Origin: Chloroflexota bacterium
GTDB lineage: Bacteria > Chloroflexota > UBA11872 > VXOZ01
DNA: 64,000 nucleotides
Direction of reading: 5' to 3'
Assembly (NCBI GenBank): GCA_963663275.1
Contig: OY760183.1
Location: 224,001 to 288,000, forward strand
Shown: positions 29,402 to 39,270 of the stretch, piece by piece
Numbering within the stretch: the first letter of the stretch is position 1
Layout: every line of letters begins with the position of its first letter
The notes under the pieces: generated by a model
The model's database searches: none
What the model saw: only the letters and a program-made list of their open reading frames with translations
Told to the model about the DNA's origin: nothing
Translations under genes and position numbers: made by a program

Positions 29402-30760
29402 TCACGTTCCGCAAGAGCGCAGCGCGGCGACGAGGCGGTCGATGTCTGCTCGTGTATTGAGTTCCGTCACGCAGACCAGCATGTGGCGGTCGAGATCGCC
29501 GCGCACGTTGCCCAGGTCGTAGCCGCCCAGCACGCCGTGTTCCAGCAGATGCGCGTTCACCTCGCTCACCGGCGCGGGGCAGTGCGCCACGAATTCCTTG
29601 ATATACGGACCCGGCGCTGACACCGCAAAGCCGGGCAGGGCGTCGATCTGCGCCGCGGCGTAATGGGACTTGGCCAGGCAAAGCTCGGCCTTGCGCCTCA
29701 TGCCCGCCGGGCCAAGCCAGCTAACGTTGATCGTGAACGCCAGCGCCGCCAGCGCCTCGTTGGTGCAGATGTTCGAGGTGGCTTTTTCGCGGCGGATGTG
29801 CTGCTCCCGGGCCTGGAGGGTCATCACGAAACCGCGCTTGCCCTCGATGTCCTTCGTCATGCCGGAGACCCGGCCCGGCATCTGGCGCAGGTACCGCTTG
29901 CGCGTGGCGTAGAGGCCGAGGCGGGGGCCGCCGAGACCGGGCGGCAGCGCCAGGCTGTGCCCCTCGCCGGTCACCACGTCCGCGCCGTACTCGCCCGGCG
30001 GCGTCAGGATGCCCAACGCCACCGGATCGGCGCTGACCACCAGCATCGCACCGTGGGCGTGGACGGTCTCCGCGATCTCCTGGCATTCGTGCACCCAGCC
30101 GAAGAAGTTGGGCACCTGCACTGCCACGCAGGCCGTGTCGTCGTCGATAGCGGCGCTTACCGCGTCCCAGTTGTCCCGCAACGCGCCGTCGTCATCGATA
30201 CTGAAGGCCGGCACGCGCTCCAGGGTCACCTCGCGGCCCTCGGCGTAGGTCTCCAGCACCTCCAGCGTGGTCGGATTGAACGTGTCCGGCACGACGATCT
30301 TGGCGCGCTTGGTCACGCTGCACGCCGTCAGCGCCGCTTCCGCGGTGGCGGTGGCCTCGTCGTACATGCTGGCGTTCGCCACGTCCATGCCGGTAAGCAG
30401 GCAGACCATGCTCTGGAATTCGTACATAGCCTGCAAGGTGCCCTGGGAAAGTTCGGCCTGGTAGGGCGTGTAACTGGTGAGAAACTCGCCCCGCAGGATC
30501 AGCGCGTTGACGATGCTGGGGATGAAGTGGTTGTAGCAGCCCGCGCCGAGAAAGCTGGGCATGGCCTGGACGTTTTGGTTCTGTTGCCCCAACTCGTTGA
30601 GGTGGCGAAGCACCTCCGGCTCGGACATGCCCGGCGGCAAGTCGAGGCGCGGATGGCGCACGTCCGCGGGAATGTCGTGAAATAGCTCGTCGGTGCCGCC
30701 AACGCCAATCGCGCGCAGCATCGCCTCGCGGTCTTCGCTACTGTGGGGTACGTAGTCCAT
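29402..30760 (-). CDS. gcvPA: Glycine dehydrogenase (decarboxylating) subunit 1
   Basis: SFLGAGCY, YTPYQAELSQGTLQ, NASMYD, REQHIRREKATSNICTN. Confidence 0.97.
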   Translation of the reverse strand: MDYVPHSSEDREAMLRAIGVGGTDELFHDIPADVRHPRLDLPPGMSEPEVLRHLNELGQQNQNVQAMPSFLGAGCYNHFIPSIVNALILRGEFLTSYTPYQAELSQGTLQAMYEFQSMVCLLTGMDVANASMYDEATATAEAALTACSVTKRAKIVVPDTFNPTTLEVLETYAEGREVTLERVPAFSIDDDGALRDNWDAVSAAIDDDTACVAVQVPNFFGWVHECQEIAETVHAHGAMLVVSADPVALGILTPPGEYGADVVTGEGHSLALPPGLGGPRLGLYATRKRYLRQMPGRVSGMTKDIEGKRGFVMTLQAREQHIRREKATSNICTNEALAALAFTINVSWLGPAGMRRKAELCLAKSHYAAAQIDALPGFAVSAPGPYIKEFVAHCPAPVSEVNAHLLEHGVLGGYDLGNVRGDLDRHMLVCVTELNTRADIDRLVAALRSCGT

Positions 30761-30769
30761 GTGTTGTCC

Positions 30770-31165
30770 TTAGTGCGCGCCGGACTCGGCCAGAACCGCC
30801 GCATAGCCCGCGGCGTCGAGCAGCGTCGGCCAGTCTTCATCCAGGTTCGTGGGCCGGAGTTTCAGCATCCAGCCTTCCTCGTACGGCGAGTCGTTCACCA
30901 GTTCCGGACTGTCGGCCAGCGCCTCGTTGACGGCAACCACCTCTCCCGCCAGCGGCGCGTAGAGGTCGGACGCGGTCTTCACCGACTCCACCACGCCAAA
31001 CTCGCCCATCGCTTCCACCTGCGCGCCCGGCTCCGGCAGTTCCACGTAGACGATGTCGCCCAGTTCGCCCTGGGCGTAGTCGGTGATGCCGACCACGCAG
31101 AGGCCGTCCTCCAGGCGCGCCCACTCGTGTTCCTTTGTATAGCGCAACTCATCCGGTATGTTCAT
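30770..31165 (-). CDS. gcvH: Glycine cleavage system H protein
   Basis: YTKEHEW, GITDYAQ..LGD, VESVK lipoyl-lysine motif. Confidence 0.98.
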   Translation of the reverse strand: MNIPDELRYTKEHEWARLEDGLCVVGITDYAQGELGDIVYVELPEPGAQVEAMGEFGVVESVKTASDLYAPLAGEVVAVNEALADSPELVNDSPYEEGWMLKLRPTNLDEDWPTLLDAAGYAAVLAESGAH

Positions 31166-31226
31166 GTGCTTCTCCGTTTATGTGCACGCCTGGCGGCGCA
31201 TCCGCCTCTCATTCCATTGTGCCGCC

Positions 31227-32330
31227 TCAACGCGGGCGTTGATAGAACGGCATCGGGACCACCCTGGCCGCGCGCAAGTCCGCGCGCACGCGCACGTGGA
31301 CCGTCGCGTCCACCAAGGCCGTCCCGGTTTCCACGTTCGCGATCGCGATCGCCTTCCGCAGCGTGGGGCTGAACGTGCCGCTGGTAACGACGCCAACGTC
31401 TTCACCGTCCACCACGATGAGGCACCCGTCCCGCGCGATGCCGCGATCTATGAGTTCCAGGCCGATCAACTCCCGGTCGGGGCCCACCCGCCGCACGTGC
31501 GCCAGCGCCTCTTTGCCAATGAACTCCCGGTTGCGGAAACGCACGAACTTCTGCAGCCCCGCGTCGAAAGGATTTGTGGCGTCGTCCAATTCGTGCCCAT
31601 AGAGCGGCAGCCCGGCCTCCAGCCGCAGCGTGTCGCGCGCGCCGAGGCCGACGGGCTTGATGCCGCGCGGCGCGCCGGCCGCGAGCAACGCCGACCAGGC
31701 CGCTTCCGCGCCGGCCGCGGGCACGAATAGCTCGAAACCGTCCTCGCCGGTGTAGCCGGTGCGGGTGATGGTGATGGTTTTGCCGAGAAAGGGCGCCTGC
31801 GTCCCGCGATAGTAGCGCACCGCCGACAGATCCGCGGTGTGCCCCACCATGTCCTGCAAGAGCGCCAACGCCTGCGGGCCTTGCACGGCCAGCAAGGCGA
31901 GGTCGCTGTTCTGTACGCTTATGTCAATAGACCAGTGCTGGGTCGCGTTCCGGTGCTCCAGCCAATCCACGATCTTGTCGGTGTTGGAGGCGTTGACGAC
32001 CAGCCGGTAGTGGGTCGGCAGCCGGTAGATCAGCACGTCGTCCAACACGCCGCCGTCCGGGCGGCATACCAGGCTATAGCGAATCTGGTTGACGGCGAGG
32101 TCGGTAACTTTGTTGGTCAGGATGCCGTCCAGAAAGGCGGGAACGCCGGCGCCGGCGAAGTCCACGATGCCCATGTGGCTGATGTCGAACAGGCCGCACG
32201 CGCCGCGCACCGCCTGGTGTTCCGCGATGACGCCCTCGTATTGCACGGGCATCTCCCAGCCCGCGAACGGCACGATCCGCGCGCCGGCCGCCGCGTGGGT
32301 CGCATAGAGAGGGGTGCGCTTGAGTTGCAT
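31227..32330 (-). CDS. gcvT: Glycine cleavage system aminomethyltransferase T
   Basis: LKRTPL, FAGWEMPVQY, FDISHMG, RTGYTGEDGFE, GLGARDTLRLEAG. Confidence 0.97.
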   Translation of the reverse strand: MQLKRTPLYATHAAAGARIVPFAGWEMPVQYEGVIAEHQAVRGACGLFDISHMGIVDFAGAGVPAFLDGILTNKVTDLAVNQIRYSLVCRPDGGVLDDVLIYRLPTHYRLVVNASNTDKIVDWLEHRNATQHWSIDISVQNSDLALLAVQGPQALALLQDMVGHTADLSAVRYYRGTQAPFLGKTITITRTGYTGEDGFELFVPAAGAEAAWSALLAAGAPRGIKPVGLGARDTLRLEAGLPLYGHELDDATNPFDAGLQKFVRFRNREFIGKEALAHVRRVGPDRELIGLELIDRGIARDGCLIVVDGEDVGVVTSGTFSPTLRKAIAIANVETGTALVDATVHVRVRADLRAARVVPMPFYQRPR

Positions 32331-32549
32331 CGGCTTCCTGCGCGGGTATAGAGGGACTAAACTGAATCCGGTTTTGCGTTCGGTACGCATATCTTACCCA
32401 GTTCGCGGGTTGCGTTCAACGTACCCCGCGCGCAACGCGCCTCTGGCCGTCCCCGCGAGCCGCGCGCAGTCCTTCCATTGCCGCAGATTAACCCCCTCTC
32501 CTCGGGGAGAGGGCCGGGGTGAGGGGGTGGCTAACTCCCTCTCCCTGGG

Positions 32550-32695
32550 CTGACAGGGGTATGTAAATGTCATTCCGAGCAGAGCGAGGAATCTAGGGAA
32601 GACATTCTTGCAGGGTAAGCCTTAGATTCCTCTCTCCGCTGCGCTACGTTCGGAATGACACGTGAAGTCGATTCTATAGTACATACCAATGCCAG
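32550..32695. mobile_element. CTGAC MITE (family A), copy 4, 146 bp, reversed orientation
   Basis: TIR ctgacaggggtatgta / tacataccaatgccag; flanks ctctccctggg vs ctccccgaggg. Confidence 0.7.
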
Positions 32696-32770
32696 CTCCC
32701 CGAGGGAGAGGGCTGGGGTGAGGGGGCCAACTAACTCCCTCTCCCTGGGGAGAGGGCTGGGGTGAGGGGG

Positions 32771-32932
32771 AAATGGTGTCGCATTAGGAATTGGAGCGAT
32801 ACGAACAAGATGCCAACACACGGTCTGCCACGCCGGTGTAGGGGCACGACATGTCGTGCCCCTACACCGGCGCGCGCCGCGTTGCAAGAGGCGGGGGACA
32901 AGCCCCCGCGCTACATTAACGCGACAGCATTG
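32771..32932. mobile_element. MITE family D, copy 3
   Basis: TIR aatggtgtcgcatta / taacgcgacagcatt (13/15); carries two different GTAG REPs; TSD weak. Confidence 0.55.
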
Positions 32933-33002
32933 GGGGCGAGGCCCCGCGTTACGTGGCTTCACGTGTCATTCCGAACGTAGCGCAGCGGAGAGAGGAATCT
33001 AA

Positions 33003-33175
33003 GAACCTGTTTACTATCTGCTTATGAGGGAGTTAGCAAAGCCGATAAAGACCGTTCGTGCTGAGCCTGTCGAAGCATGAACGGCTATATGCAACCTTGC
33101 GGTGGTTCCGTTCACCCTTCGACGCGGCTCAGGGCGAACGTTCCTCGTGCAGACAGAAAGATCGTAAACAGGCTC
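33003..33175. mobile_element. 173-bp MITE with GAGCCTGTTTAC-type ends and TAA duplication, nested in a truncated family A copy
   Basis: TIR gaacctgtttactatct / agatcgtaaacaggctc (15/17); taa on both sides; removing it restores gaatctaaggc as in other family A copies. Confidence 0.8.
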
Positions 33176-33335
33176 TAAGGCGCTATCCTGTTATTTCAGC
33201 ATCTCTAGATTCCTCGCTCCGCTCGGAATGACATATTCATACCCTTGTCAGTTGGGGTGAGGGGGCGATGGTGTCGCATTAGTCGCTCGAGGCGGCGTGA
33301 TACAATGGGCGCGGAAAGGGAAAGGAACGTACCCA

Positions 33336-34727
33336 ATGCCTCGGCTGCTCCTGCTTGGCCTCGACCCCGGCGGCGCTTCCGCCGTGTCCGGCGCCGCCCG
33401 CGCGTCCGTGGAGCGTTCCACGCCGCTGGCCGGCAATCCCGGCCATCCCCTCATCCGGCGGCTGTGCGGTGAGCGCGTCCAGCAGGCCGGCGCCGCGCGC
33501 ATCCGCACCGCGCTTGAAAACCGGCAAGACATCACCCACGTCGCCGTCGGGCATCCGCTCCTGGACGACGGCAGCGCGCGCGCGTTGCATCAGCAGGCGC
33601 AGGCGGCCGGCTGGGAGGTGCGCCTGGAGGCCGCGCCCAGCCTGCTGGAGCGGGCATACGCCGCCTTCGGCCTGGACGGCGCGCCGCACACGGTCGTAAG
33701 CGGGGCCGCGCCGGAGGCAAGCGCATCGGATGCGGCGCTGCTCGTGTTGGCGGCAAACCTGCCCAGGCGCGCGTTGCAGACGCTCGCAGAGCAGTTTCCC
33801 GGCGGGCATAGCGTGAGCGCGCTGGTTGGCGGCGATTCGCGGCCGCCGGAAGCGCGCGCCCTGCCGCTGCGCGCGGCCTTGGCGGCTCACCCGGACGCGC
33901 TCTACGTGCCGCCGCTGCCGCCTCTGGAACGCCTGGGCGAACCGCAGACGCTCCGCTGGCTCATGGCCCGCCTGCGCGCGCCGGACGGCTGCCCGTGGGA
34001 CCAGGAACAAACCCTGCAAACGCTCAAGAAGCACCTGCTGGAGGAGACCGCCGAGGTCATCGACGCGCTGGACGAAGAGGACGTGGACGCGCTGCGCGAG
34101 GAGCTTGGCGACCTGCTCTTGCAGGTCTACTTCCAGGCGCAAGTGGCCGAGGAGCAGGGCGACTTCTCGTTCGACGACGTGGTGCGCGGCATCAGCGAAA
34201 AACTCGTGCGCCGCCATCCCCACGTCTTCGGCGACCGCGCCGCGGACAACGCGGCCCAGGCCCTGGCCAACTGGGAGTCGATCAAGCGGGAAGAACACGC
34301 CGCCCGGGGCAAGGAGCGCCGCTCGCTGCTGGAGCGCGTGCCCCGCTCGCTGTCCGGCCTGGCGACGGCGCAGGCAATCGGCAACACCGTGGCCAAAGTG
34401 GGGTTCGATTGGCCGGACGTGGACGGCGTGCTGGCAAAGCTGCGTGAAGAGATCGACGAGTTGGTGGAAGCCGAGACCGTCGAGCACCGTTTCGAGGAAC
34501 TCGGCGACGTGCTCTTCGTCCTGGCGCAGGTAGCCAAGTGGCTGGAGGTGGACGCGGAAGAGGCGTTGCGCGCCTCCAACGCCAAGTTCCGCCGCCGCTT
34601 CGGCTACATGGAAGAGGCCGCCCGCCGCGCCGGCGGCGAACTGGGCGACTATCCGTTCGAGAAACTCGACTCGCTCTGGGAAGAGGCCAAACTCGCCACC
34701 AGCAATCCCTGGGGATGCCCCCGCTAG
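33336..34727 (+). CDS. mazG: Nucleoside triphosphate pyrophosphohydrolase with a degenerate N-terminal tetrapyrrole-methylase-like domain (YabN-type)
   Basis: LRAPDGCPWDQEQT, EELGDLLLQ, KLVRRHPHVFG, GFDW, second EELGD; N-terminal LLGLDPG. Confidence 0.92.
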   Translation: MPRLLLLGLDPGGASAVSGAARASVERSTPLAGNPGHPLIRRLCGERVQQAGAARIRTALENRQDITHVAVGHPLLDDGSARALHQQAQAAGWEVRLEAAPSLLERAYAAFGLDGAPHTVVSGAAPEASASDAALLVLAANLPRRALQTLAEQFPGGHSVSALVGGDSRPPEARALPLRAALAAHPDALYVPPLPPLERLGEPQTLRWLMARLRAPDGCPWDQEQTLQTLKKHLLEETAEVIDALDEEDVDALREELGDLLLQVYFQAQVAEEQGDFSFDDVVRGISEKLVRRHPHVFGDRAADNAAQALANWESIKREEHAARGKERRSLLERVPRSLSGLATAQAIGNTVAKVGFDWPDVDGVLAKLREEIDELVEAETVEHRFEELGDVLFVLAQVAKWLEVDAEEALRASNAKFRRRFGYMEEAARRAGGELGDYPFEKLDSLWEEAKLATSNPWGCPR

Positions 34728-35980
34728 TGACACCCTGGCAACGGCGTCTCTTTCCCATCCTGCTCGCGGCCTTCACCGCCCAGCTTGGCGTGCCGGCGTT
34801 CCTGCCGTTCATCCCGCTCTACATGACGGAGTTGGGCATCGACGACGTGGGCGCGGCAGCGCGCTGGAGCGGCGTGCTGGTGGCGATTACGCCGCTTACC
34901 TCCACGCTCTCCGTGCCCTACCTCGGTCTCGTTGGCGACCGCATCGGCCTGAAGCCAATGGCCTTGATCGGCCTGGGCCTCGGCGGCTTCACCATCGCCG
35001 CGCTGGCCTTGGCCGCCAGCCCCTGGCACCTGCTGGTCGGGCGCACCCTCTTTGGCTTTTGCGGCGTGTACTGGACGTTCTTCGCCGCCGCCATTGCCGA
35101 GCACGCGCCGCGCGAACACATGGTGCGCGCCTTTGGCTGGCTGCAGATCGCCAATTTCGGCGCGCTCATCGTCGCGCCGGTCATGGGCGGCGCGATCGCC
35201 TCCGCGCTGGGCCTGAAAGCGGCCTTCGTCCTGGGCGGCGTGATGTTCTGGATCGCCACCGGCATGGTGGCGTTCATGTATCCCGGCGGGAAGAGGCTCA
35301 AGCCGCAACGCTCTGAAACCGGCAACGGCTCGCCCTGGCAGATGATCTTCGCGCAGCCGCAGATGGCGATGCTCTCGCTGGTGCTGCTGGTCTCCTTCTA
35401 CGCCGAAGGCAGCACGCTGCCGATCATCCCGCTCTACGTGCAACTGCTGGGCGTCTCGCCGGGCCAGGTGGCGGCGACCGTCGGCCTGATCACGGCCTTG
35501 AGCGCGGTGACCTACGTGGCGGCCAACGCGCTGGTGGGGCGCGTGGTGCCGACGCGGCTGGCGCATCTGGCCGTGCTGCCGGGACTGATTGGCGCGGCCA
35601 TCGTCTGCGTGCCGCTCTTCTTTGCCGGCCAGTTGTGGCACCTGCTGGTCTTCCGGCCGCTGCTCTCGTTCTTCACCGGCACGATTCCGGCGCTGGTCTA
35701 TACGGCCGCCGAGCCGTTCGTGCCGCCGGAGCGGCGCGGCGCCGGGTTCGGCCTGCTAACCAGCGTGGGTTTGGGCGGCACCGCCGCCGGCCGCATCGCC
35801 AGCGGCATGGTGGCCTCGCTCTCGCTCTCCGGCGTCTTCGTCGTGGACGGCGCGCTGCTCCTGGGCGGCTTCGGACTCTACGCCGCCCTGCGCCGCCGGT
35901 TCCCCTATCCCCGCGTGGCTGAAGAGCCGCTTGCGGAAGACGCCGGCGCCGGTTTGAACAACGGCGGCAGTTCACGCTAG
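34727..35980 (+). CDS. MFS transporter (DHA1/MdtG-like)
   Basis: About 12 hydrophobic segments, GLVGDRIGLKP motif A; GTG overlaps the mazG stop. Confidence 0.88.
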   Translation: MTPWQRRLFPILLAAFTAQLGVPAFLPFIPLYMTELGIDDVGAAARWSGVLVAITPLTSTLSVPYLGLVGDRIGLKPMALIGLGLGGFTIAALALAASPWHLLVGRTLFGFCGVYWTFFAAAIAEHAPREHMVRAFGWLQIANFGALIVAPVMGGAIASALGLKAAFVLGGVMFWIATGMVAFMYPGGKRLKPQRSETGNGSPWQMIFAQPQMAMLSLVLLVSFYAEGSTLPIIPLYVQLLGVSPGQVAATVGLITALSAVTYVAANALVGRVVPTRLAHLAVLPGLIGAAIVCVPLFFAGQLWHLLVFRPLLSFFTGTIPALVYTAAEPFVPPERRGAGFGLLTSVGLGGTAAGRIASGMVASLSLSGVFVVDGALLLGGFGLYAALRRRFPYPRVAEEPLAEDAGAGLNNGGSSR

Positions 35981-36055
35981 CATTGAATCAGGCGCATTGC
36001 CGGAGACGACGCGCGCGCATCGCGCCGCGCCGTGCCGGCGCTGGAGGGCACATCC

Positions 36056-37240
36056 TTGAAGATCTTCGTGACCGGCGGCGCGGGCTACATCGGCAGCGTG
36101 GTGACCGAGACGCTGCTGGACAGCGGCCACGACGTGGTGGTCTACGATAGCTTCGAGACCGGCCACCGGGCGGCGGTGGATCCCCGCGCCGCGCTGGTGG
36201 AGGGCGATACGGCGGACGCGGACGGCCTGCGCGCGGCCATGCGCGCCGCCGCGCCGGACGCCGTGGCGCACATGGCGGCCTACATCCAGATGGGCGAGTC
36301 CATGACCGCGCCGGGCAAGTACTTCCGCAACAATACCGCCCACACCCTCAACGTACTCGATGCCATGCTGGCGGCGGACGCGCGCCACGTGGTCTTTTCG
36401 TCCACCGCCGGGGTCTACGGCACACCTCAATCGCTGCCCATCGCCGAAGACCATCCCCTCGACCCGCTCAATCCTTACAGCGAGAGCAAACGCCAGGTGG
36501 AGAGCGTCATCCGCTGGTACGCCCAGGCGCACGGGCTGGCGGCCACGATCTTCCGCTTCTTCAACGCCGCGGGCGCGACGGCGCGGTTTGGCGAAGACCA
36601 CCGGCCGGAAAGCCACCTGATTCCGATCGTGCTCCAGGTGGCCCAGGGAACGCGGGAACGCCTGGACCTCTACGGCACGGACTACCCGACCCGCGACGGC
36701 ACCGCCAGCCGGGACTACATCCACGTGCGCGACCTGGCCCAGGCGCACCTGCTGGCGATTGAGGGGATTCACCCTCACCCTAACCCTCTCCCTCCAGGGA
36801 GAGGGGATGCCGCGCCCGGCGGTCACGGTGACCCGAGGGTTGCACGGCGCGGCAACGACGGGGAAGGCAACGAGGCAGGCGGCAGTGAGACAGACGGTAG
36901 TGTCGGCGGCGGCAGTGAGACAGGCGGTAGTGACGGCGGCGGCAGTGGGACAGGCGGTAGTGACGGCGGCGGCGTGGCGATCTACAACATCGGCAGCGAG
37001 AGCGGCGCGACCAATCGGGAAGTGATCGAGACCGCGCGCCGGGTGACCGGGCGGCCCATACCCGTGCGGGAGTGCCCGCGCCGGCCCGGCGACGCGCCCG
37101 CTTCCCTGGCCAGCGCCGCCACAATCCGCCGCGAACTGGGCTGGGAACCGGCATACTCCGACCTGGAAACAATCATGCGCACCGCCTGGGACTGGCTCCA
37201 ACGCCACCCCCGCGGCTACGACTCCGTTCCCCCTCCCTGA
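36056..37240 (+). CDS. galE: UDP-glucose 4-epimerase with a ~60-70-aa in-frame insertion
   Basis: TTG start with GGAGG RBS; TGGAGYIGS, FSSTA, PYSESK, FRFFNAAGA, HLIP, DGT..RDYIHV.DLA.AH, RRPGD. Confidence 0.92.
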   Translation: MKIFVTGGAGYIGSVVTETLLDSGHDVVVYDSFETGHRAAVDPRAALVEGDTADADGLRAAMRAAAPDAVAHMAAYIQMGESMTAPGKYFRNNTAHTLNVLDAMLAADARHVVFSSTAGVYGTPQSLPIAEDHPLDPLNPYSESKRQVESVIRWYAQAHGLAATIFRFFNAAGATARFGEDHRPESHLIPIVLQVAQGTRERLDLYGTDYPTRDGTASRDYIHVRDLAQAHLLAIEGIHPHPNPLPPGRGDAAPGGHGDPRVARRGNDGEGNEAGGSETDGSVGGGSETGGSDGGGSGTGGSDGGGVAIYNIGSESGATNREVIETARRVTGRPIPVRECPRRPGDAPASLASAATIRRELGWEPAYSDLETIMRTAWDWLQRHPRGYDSVPPP

Positions 37241-37318
37241 GGTCGTTCCCCTCTTCCGGTGGAGACCCTCACATAACTGGAGAGAGAACGGACAGAGCCC
37301 AGCGCGCCACTCTAATCC

Positions 37319-37506
37319 TAGTGTTGTCGCACTAAACGCAATGAGAGTGAAATCTCCGCTCGACTCTCCGGTAGCACAGGTTTGTAACCTTCTCCGGTAG
37401 CACAGGTTTGTAACCTGTGTCTTCCGTAGGGTCAACAGATTCCGTTCTCACTTTTCGTGTTCAGGCGGGGGACAAGCCCCCGCGCTACGTTAACGCGACA
37501 ACGTTT
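37319..37506. mobile_element. MITE family D, copy 4
   Basis: TIR tagtgttgtcgcactaaacg / cgttaacgcgacaacgttt; flanks cactctaatcc vs ctctcttaccc (8/11). Confidence 0.55.
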
Positions 37507-37796
37507 CTCTCTTACCCCCTTCTTATCCCCTCTCCCGCTGGAGACCTTTGCATAAACCCTTCCCCATTGAGGGGGAAGGTTGGGATGGGGGTGCAAAGGA
37601 TTGAAAACAAGCTATTTTTAGTTGTAAATGCGGTCTGGATTCCGGCTTTCGCCGGAATGACAGAGTTATGCAAAGGTCTCCGTAGGGTCAACAGATTCCG
37701 TTCTCACTTTTCGTGTTCAGGCGGGGGACAAGCCCCCGCGCTACGTTAACGCGACAACGTTTCTCTCTTACCCCCTTCTTATCCCCTCTCCCGCTG
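37425..37796. repeat. 116-bp perfect direct repeat (37425-37540 = 37681-37796) bracketing a MITE
   Basis: Base-by-base identical by eye. Confidence 0.9.
37541..37680. mobile_element. GAGACC-ended MITE (family B), intact 140 bp
   Basis: Perfect 15-bp TIR gagacctttgcataa / ttatgcaaaggtctc; same length as 12904-13043. Confidence 0.88.
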
Positions 37797-37819
37797 GGAG
37801 AGGGTTAGGGTGAGGGTCT

Positions 37820-39010
37820 CTATCGCGGCTCGTATTGCGCCACCACCGCCTCATCCACGTCGATGCCCAGGCCCGGCGCTTGCGGTATCGTCACCGTCCC
37901 GTCCTCCTCCAGGGTGAACGGTTCGCGCAGCAGCGTATCCCGCAGCGGATTGGGATTGCGGTCGAACTCCAGCATCGGTTCATTCTGGGCCGGCAGCGGG
38001 TTCGCCGAGTGCGGGCTGGGCGGCAGGGACGCGATGAAGTGCAGCGCGGCGGCCAGGGCGATGCCGGAACCCCAGACGTGGGGAATGACTTGCACGCCGA
38101 ACGTGCGCGCCAGGGCGGCAATCTTCACCGCTTCCGAAATGCCGCCGGTGCCGCAGATGTCCGGCTGCGCGATGTCGATGCCGCCGTCCAGGATCAGGTC
38201 GCGGAAGCAGTAGCGCGTGTGCTCGCACTCGCCGGCCGCTATCGCCAGATCCAGCGTCTCCGCCACCTGGCGGTAGCCTTTGCGGTCCTCCGGAATCACC
38301 GGCTCCTCGAACCACAGCGCGTCCTCCTCTTCCAGCCCGCGCCCGACGGTGATGGCGATGTGGGGCGGATAGGCGTGGTTGGCGTCCACCATGTAGGGGA
38401 AGCGCGCGCCGGTGGGAGCGCAGGCGTCCAGCGCCTGCCGCGCCGCCTTAACGCGGGCCAGGTCCTCGGCCACCGAGAGCAGGCCGACCTTGATCTTGAG
38501 GGCGCGGAAGCCGTTAGCAACGTGTCTTTCCACCTCGGCCTTGAGCAGCCCGGTATCCGCCCACTTTTCCGGCCCACCTTTGTAGTAGCCGCCGGTGGCG
38601 TACGCCTGCACCCGGTCGCGGTACGCGCCGCCCAAGAGCGCGTGGATTGGCTGTTGCAGCGCCTGTCCGGCGATGTCCCAGCAGGCGATGTCCACGCCGC
38701 TGATGGCCTCCACCGCCGTGCCCTGCCGTCCCCAGTCGCGGATATGCGCGTAGAGCCGTTCCCAGATCACGTCCGTATGCAGGGGATTCTGCCCCAGGAT
38801 GCGGGGTGTCAGCACGTGATCGATCATGGCCGCCACCGGCTCCGGCGCGCCCCACAGCCCAGCCTCGCCCCAACCGACCAAGCCGCTATCCGTCCGGATG
38901 CGCACCAGGCAACTGCTGCGTTCGGAGAAAGACTCCTGCGAGGCGTAGAATCCCTCATCATCGCCCAGCGGAGACTTCAGCACGTAGCTTTGTACGTCAA
39001 CGATTTTCAT
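37820..39010 (-). CDS. Mandelate racemase/muconate lactonizing enzyme family protein
   Basis: GWGE, SGVDIACWDI, ALKIKVG, MVDAN, WFEEP, AAGE, QPD, PHVW. Confidence 0.92.
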   Translation of the reverse strand: MKIVDVQSYVLKSPLGDDEGFYASQESFSERSSCLVRIRTDSGLVGWGEAGLWGAPEPVAAMIDHVLTPRILGQNPLHTDVIWERLYAHIRDWGRQGTAVEAISGVDIACWDIAGQALQQPIHALLGGAYRDRVQAYATGGYYKGGPEKWADTGLLKAEVERHVANGFRALKIKVGLLSVAEDLARVKAARQALDACAPTGARFPYMVDANHAYPPHIAITVGRGLEEEDALWFEEPVIPEDRKGYRQVAETLDLAIAAGECEHTRYCFRDLILDGGIDIAQPDICGTGGISEAVKIAALARTFGVQVIPHVWGSGIALAAALHFIASLPPSPHSANPLPAQNEPMLEFDRNPNPLRDTLLREPFTLEEDGTVTIPQAPGLGIDVDEAVVAQYEPR

Positions 39011-39270
39011 GCGTTTGCTTCCTTGAAGATTGTGTGAGTAACCAGGTTCATTATACCGGCAAACGGTCATTACCCCTCCTGGGCCGCGCACAAGAGTATT
39101 GTAGTGGGTATGAGGATTGTGGGGATCCGCAGTTTGCGCCGGATCTTGGAGCGGCCGCAGGGTTCTTCCTCAGTGAAACCTGCGCTACAATACGGAGTGC
39201 AAAGGGAAACGGAACGGCAAGAAAGCCGTGTGGTCGGCATCTGCCGGTGTGTAGCCTTTGCGCGGCAGAG

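Noticed and set aside
32331-32490. Glycine riboswitch upstream of gcvT
   Set aside because: Could not find the conserved GGAGA...CCGAAG...CTCTCAGG elements on the minus strand
36764-36973. Intein or intron in galE
   Set aside because: No N-terminal Cys/Ser with C-terminal HN splice motifs; too short; composed of repeat DNA
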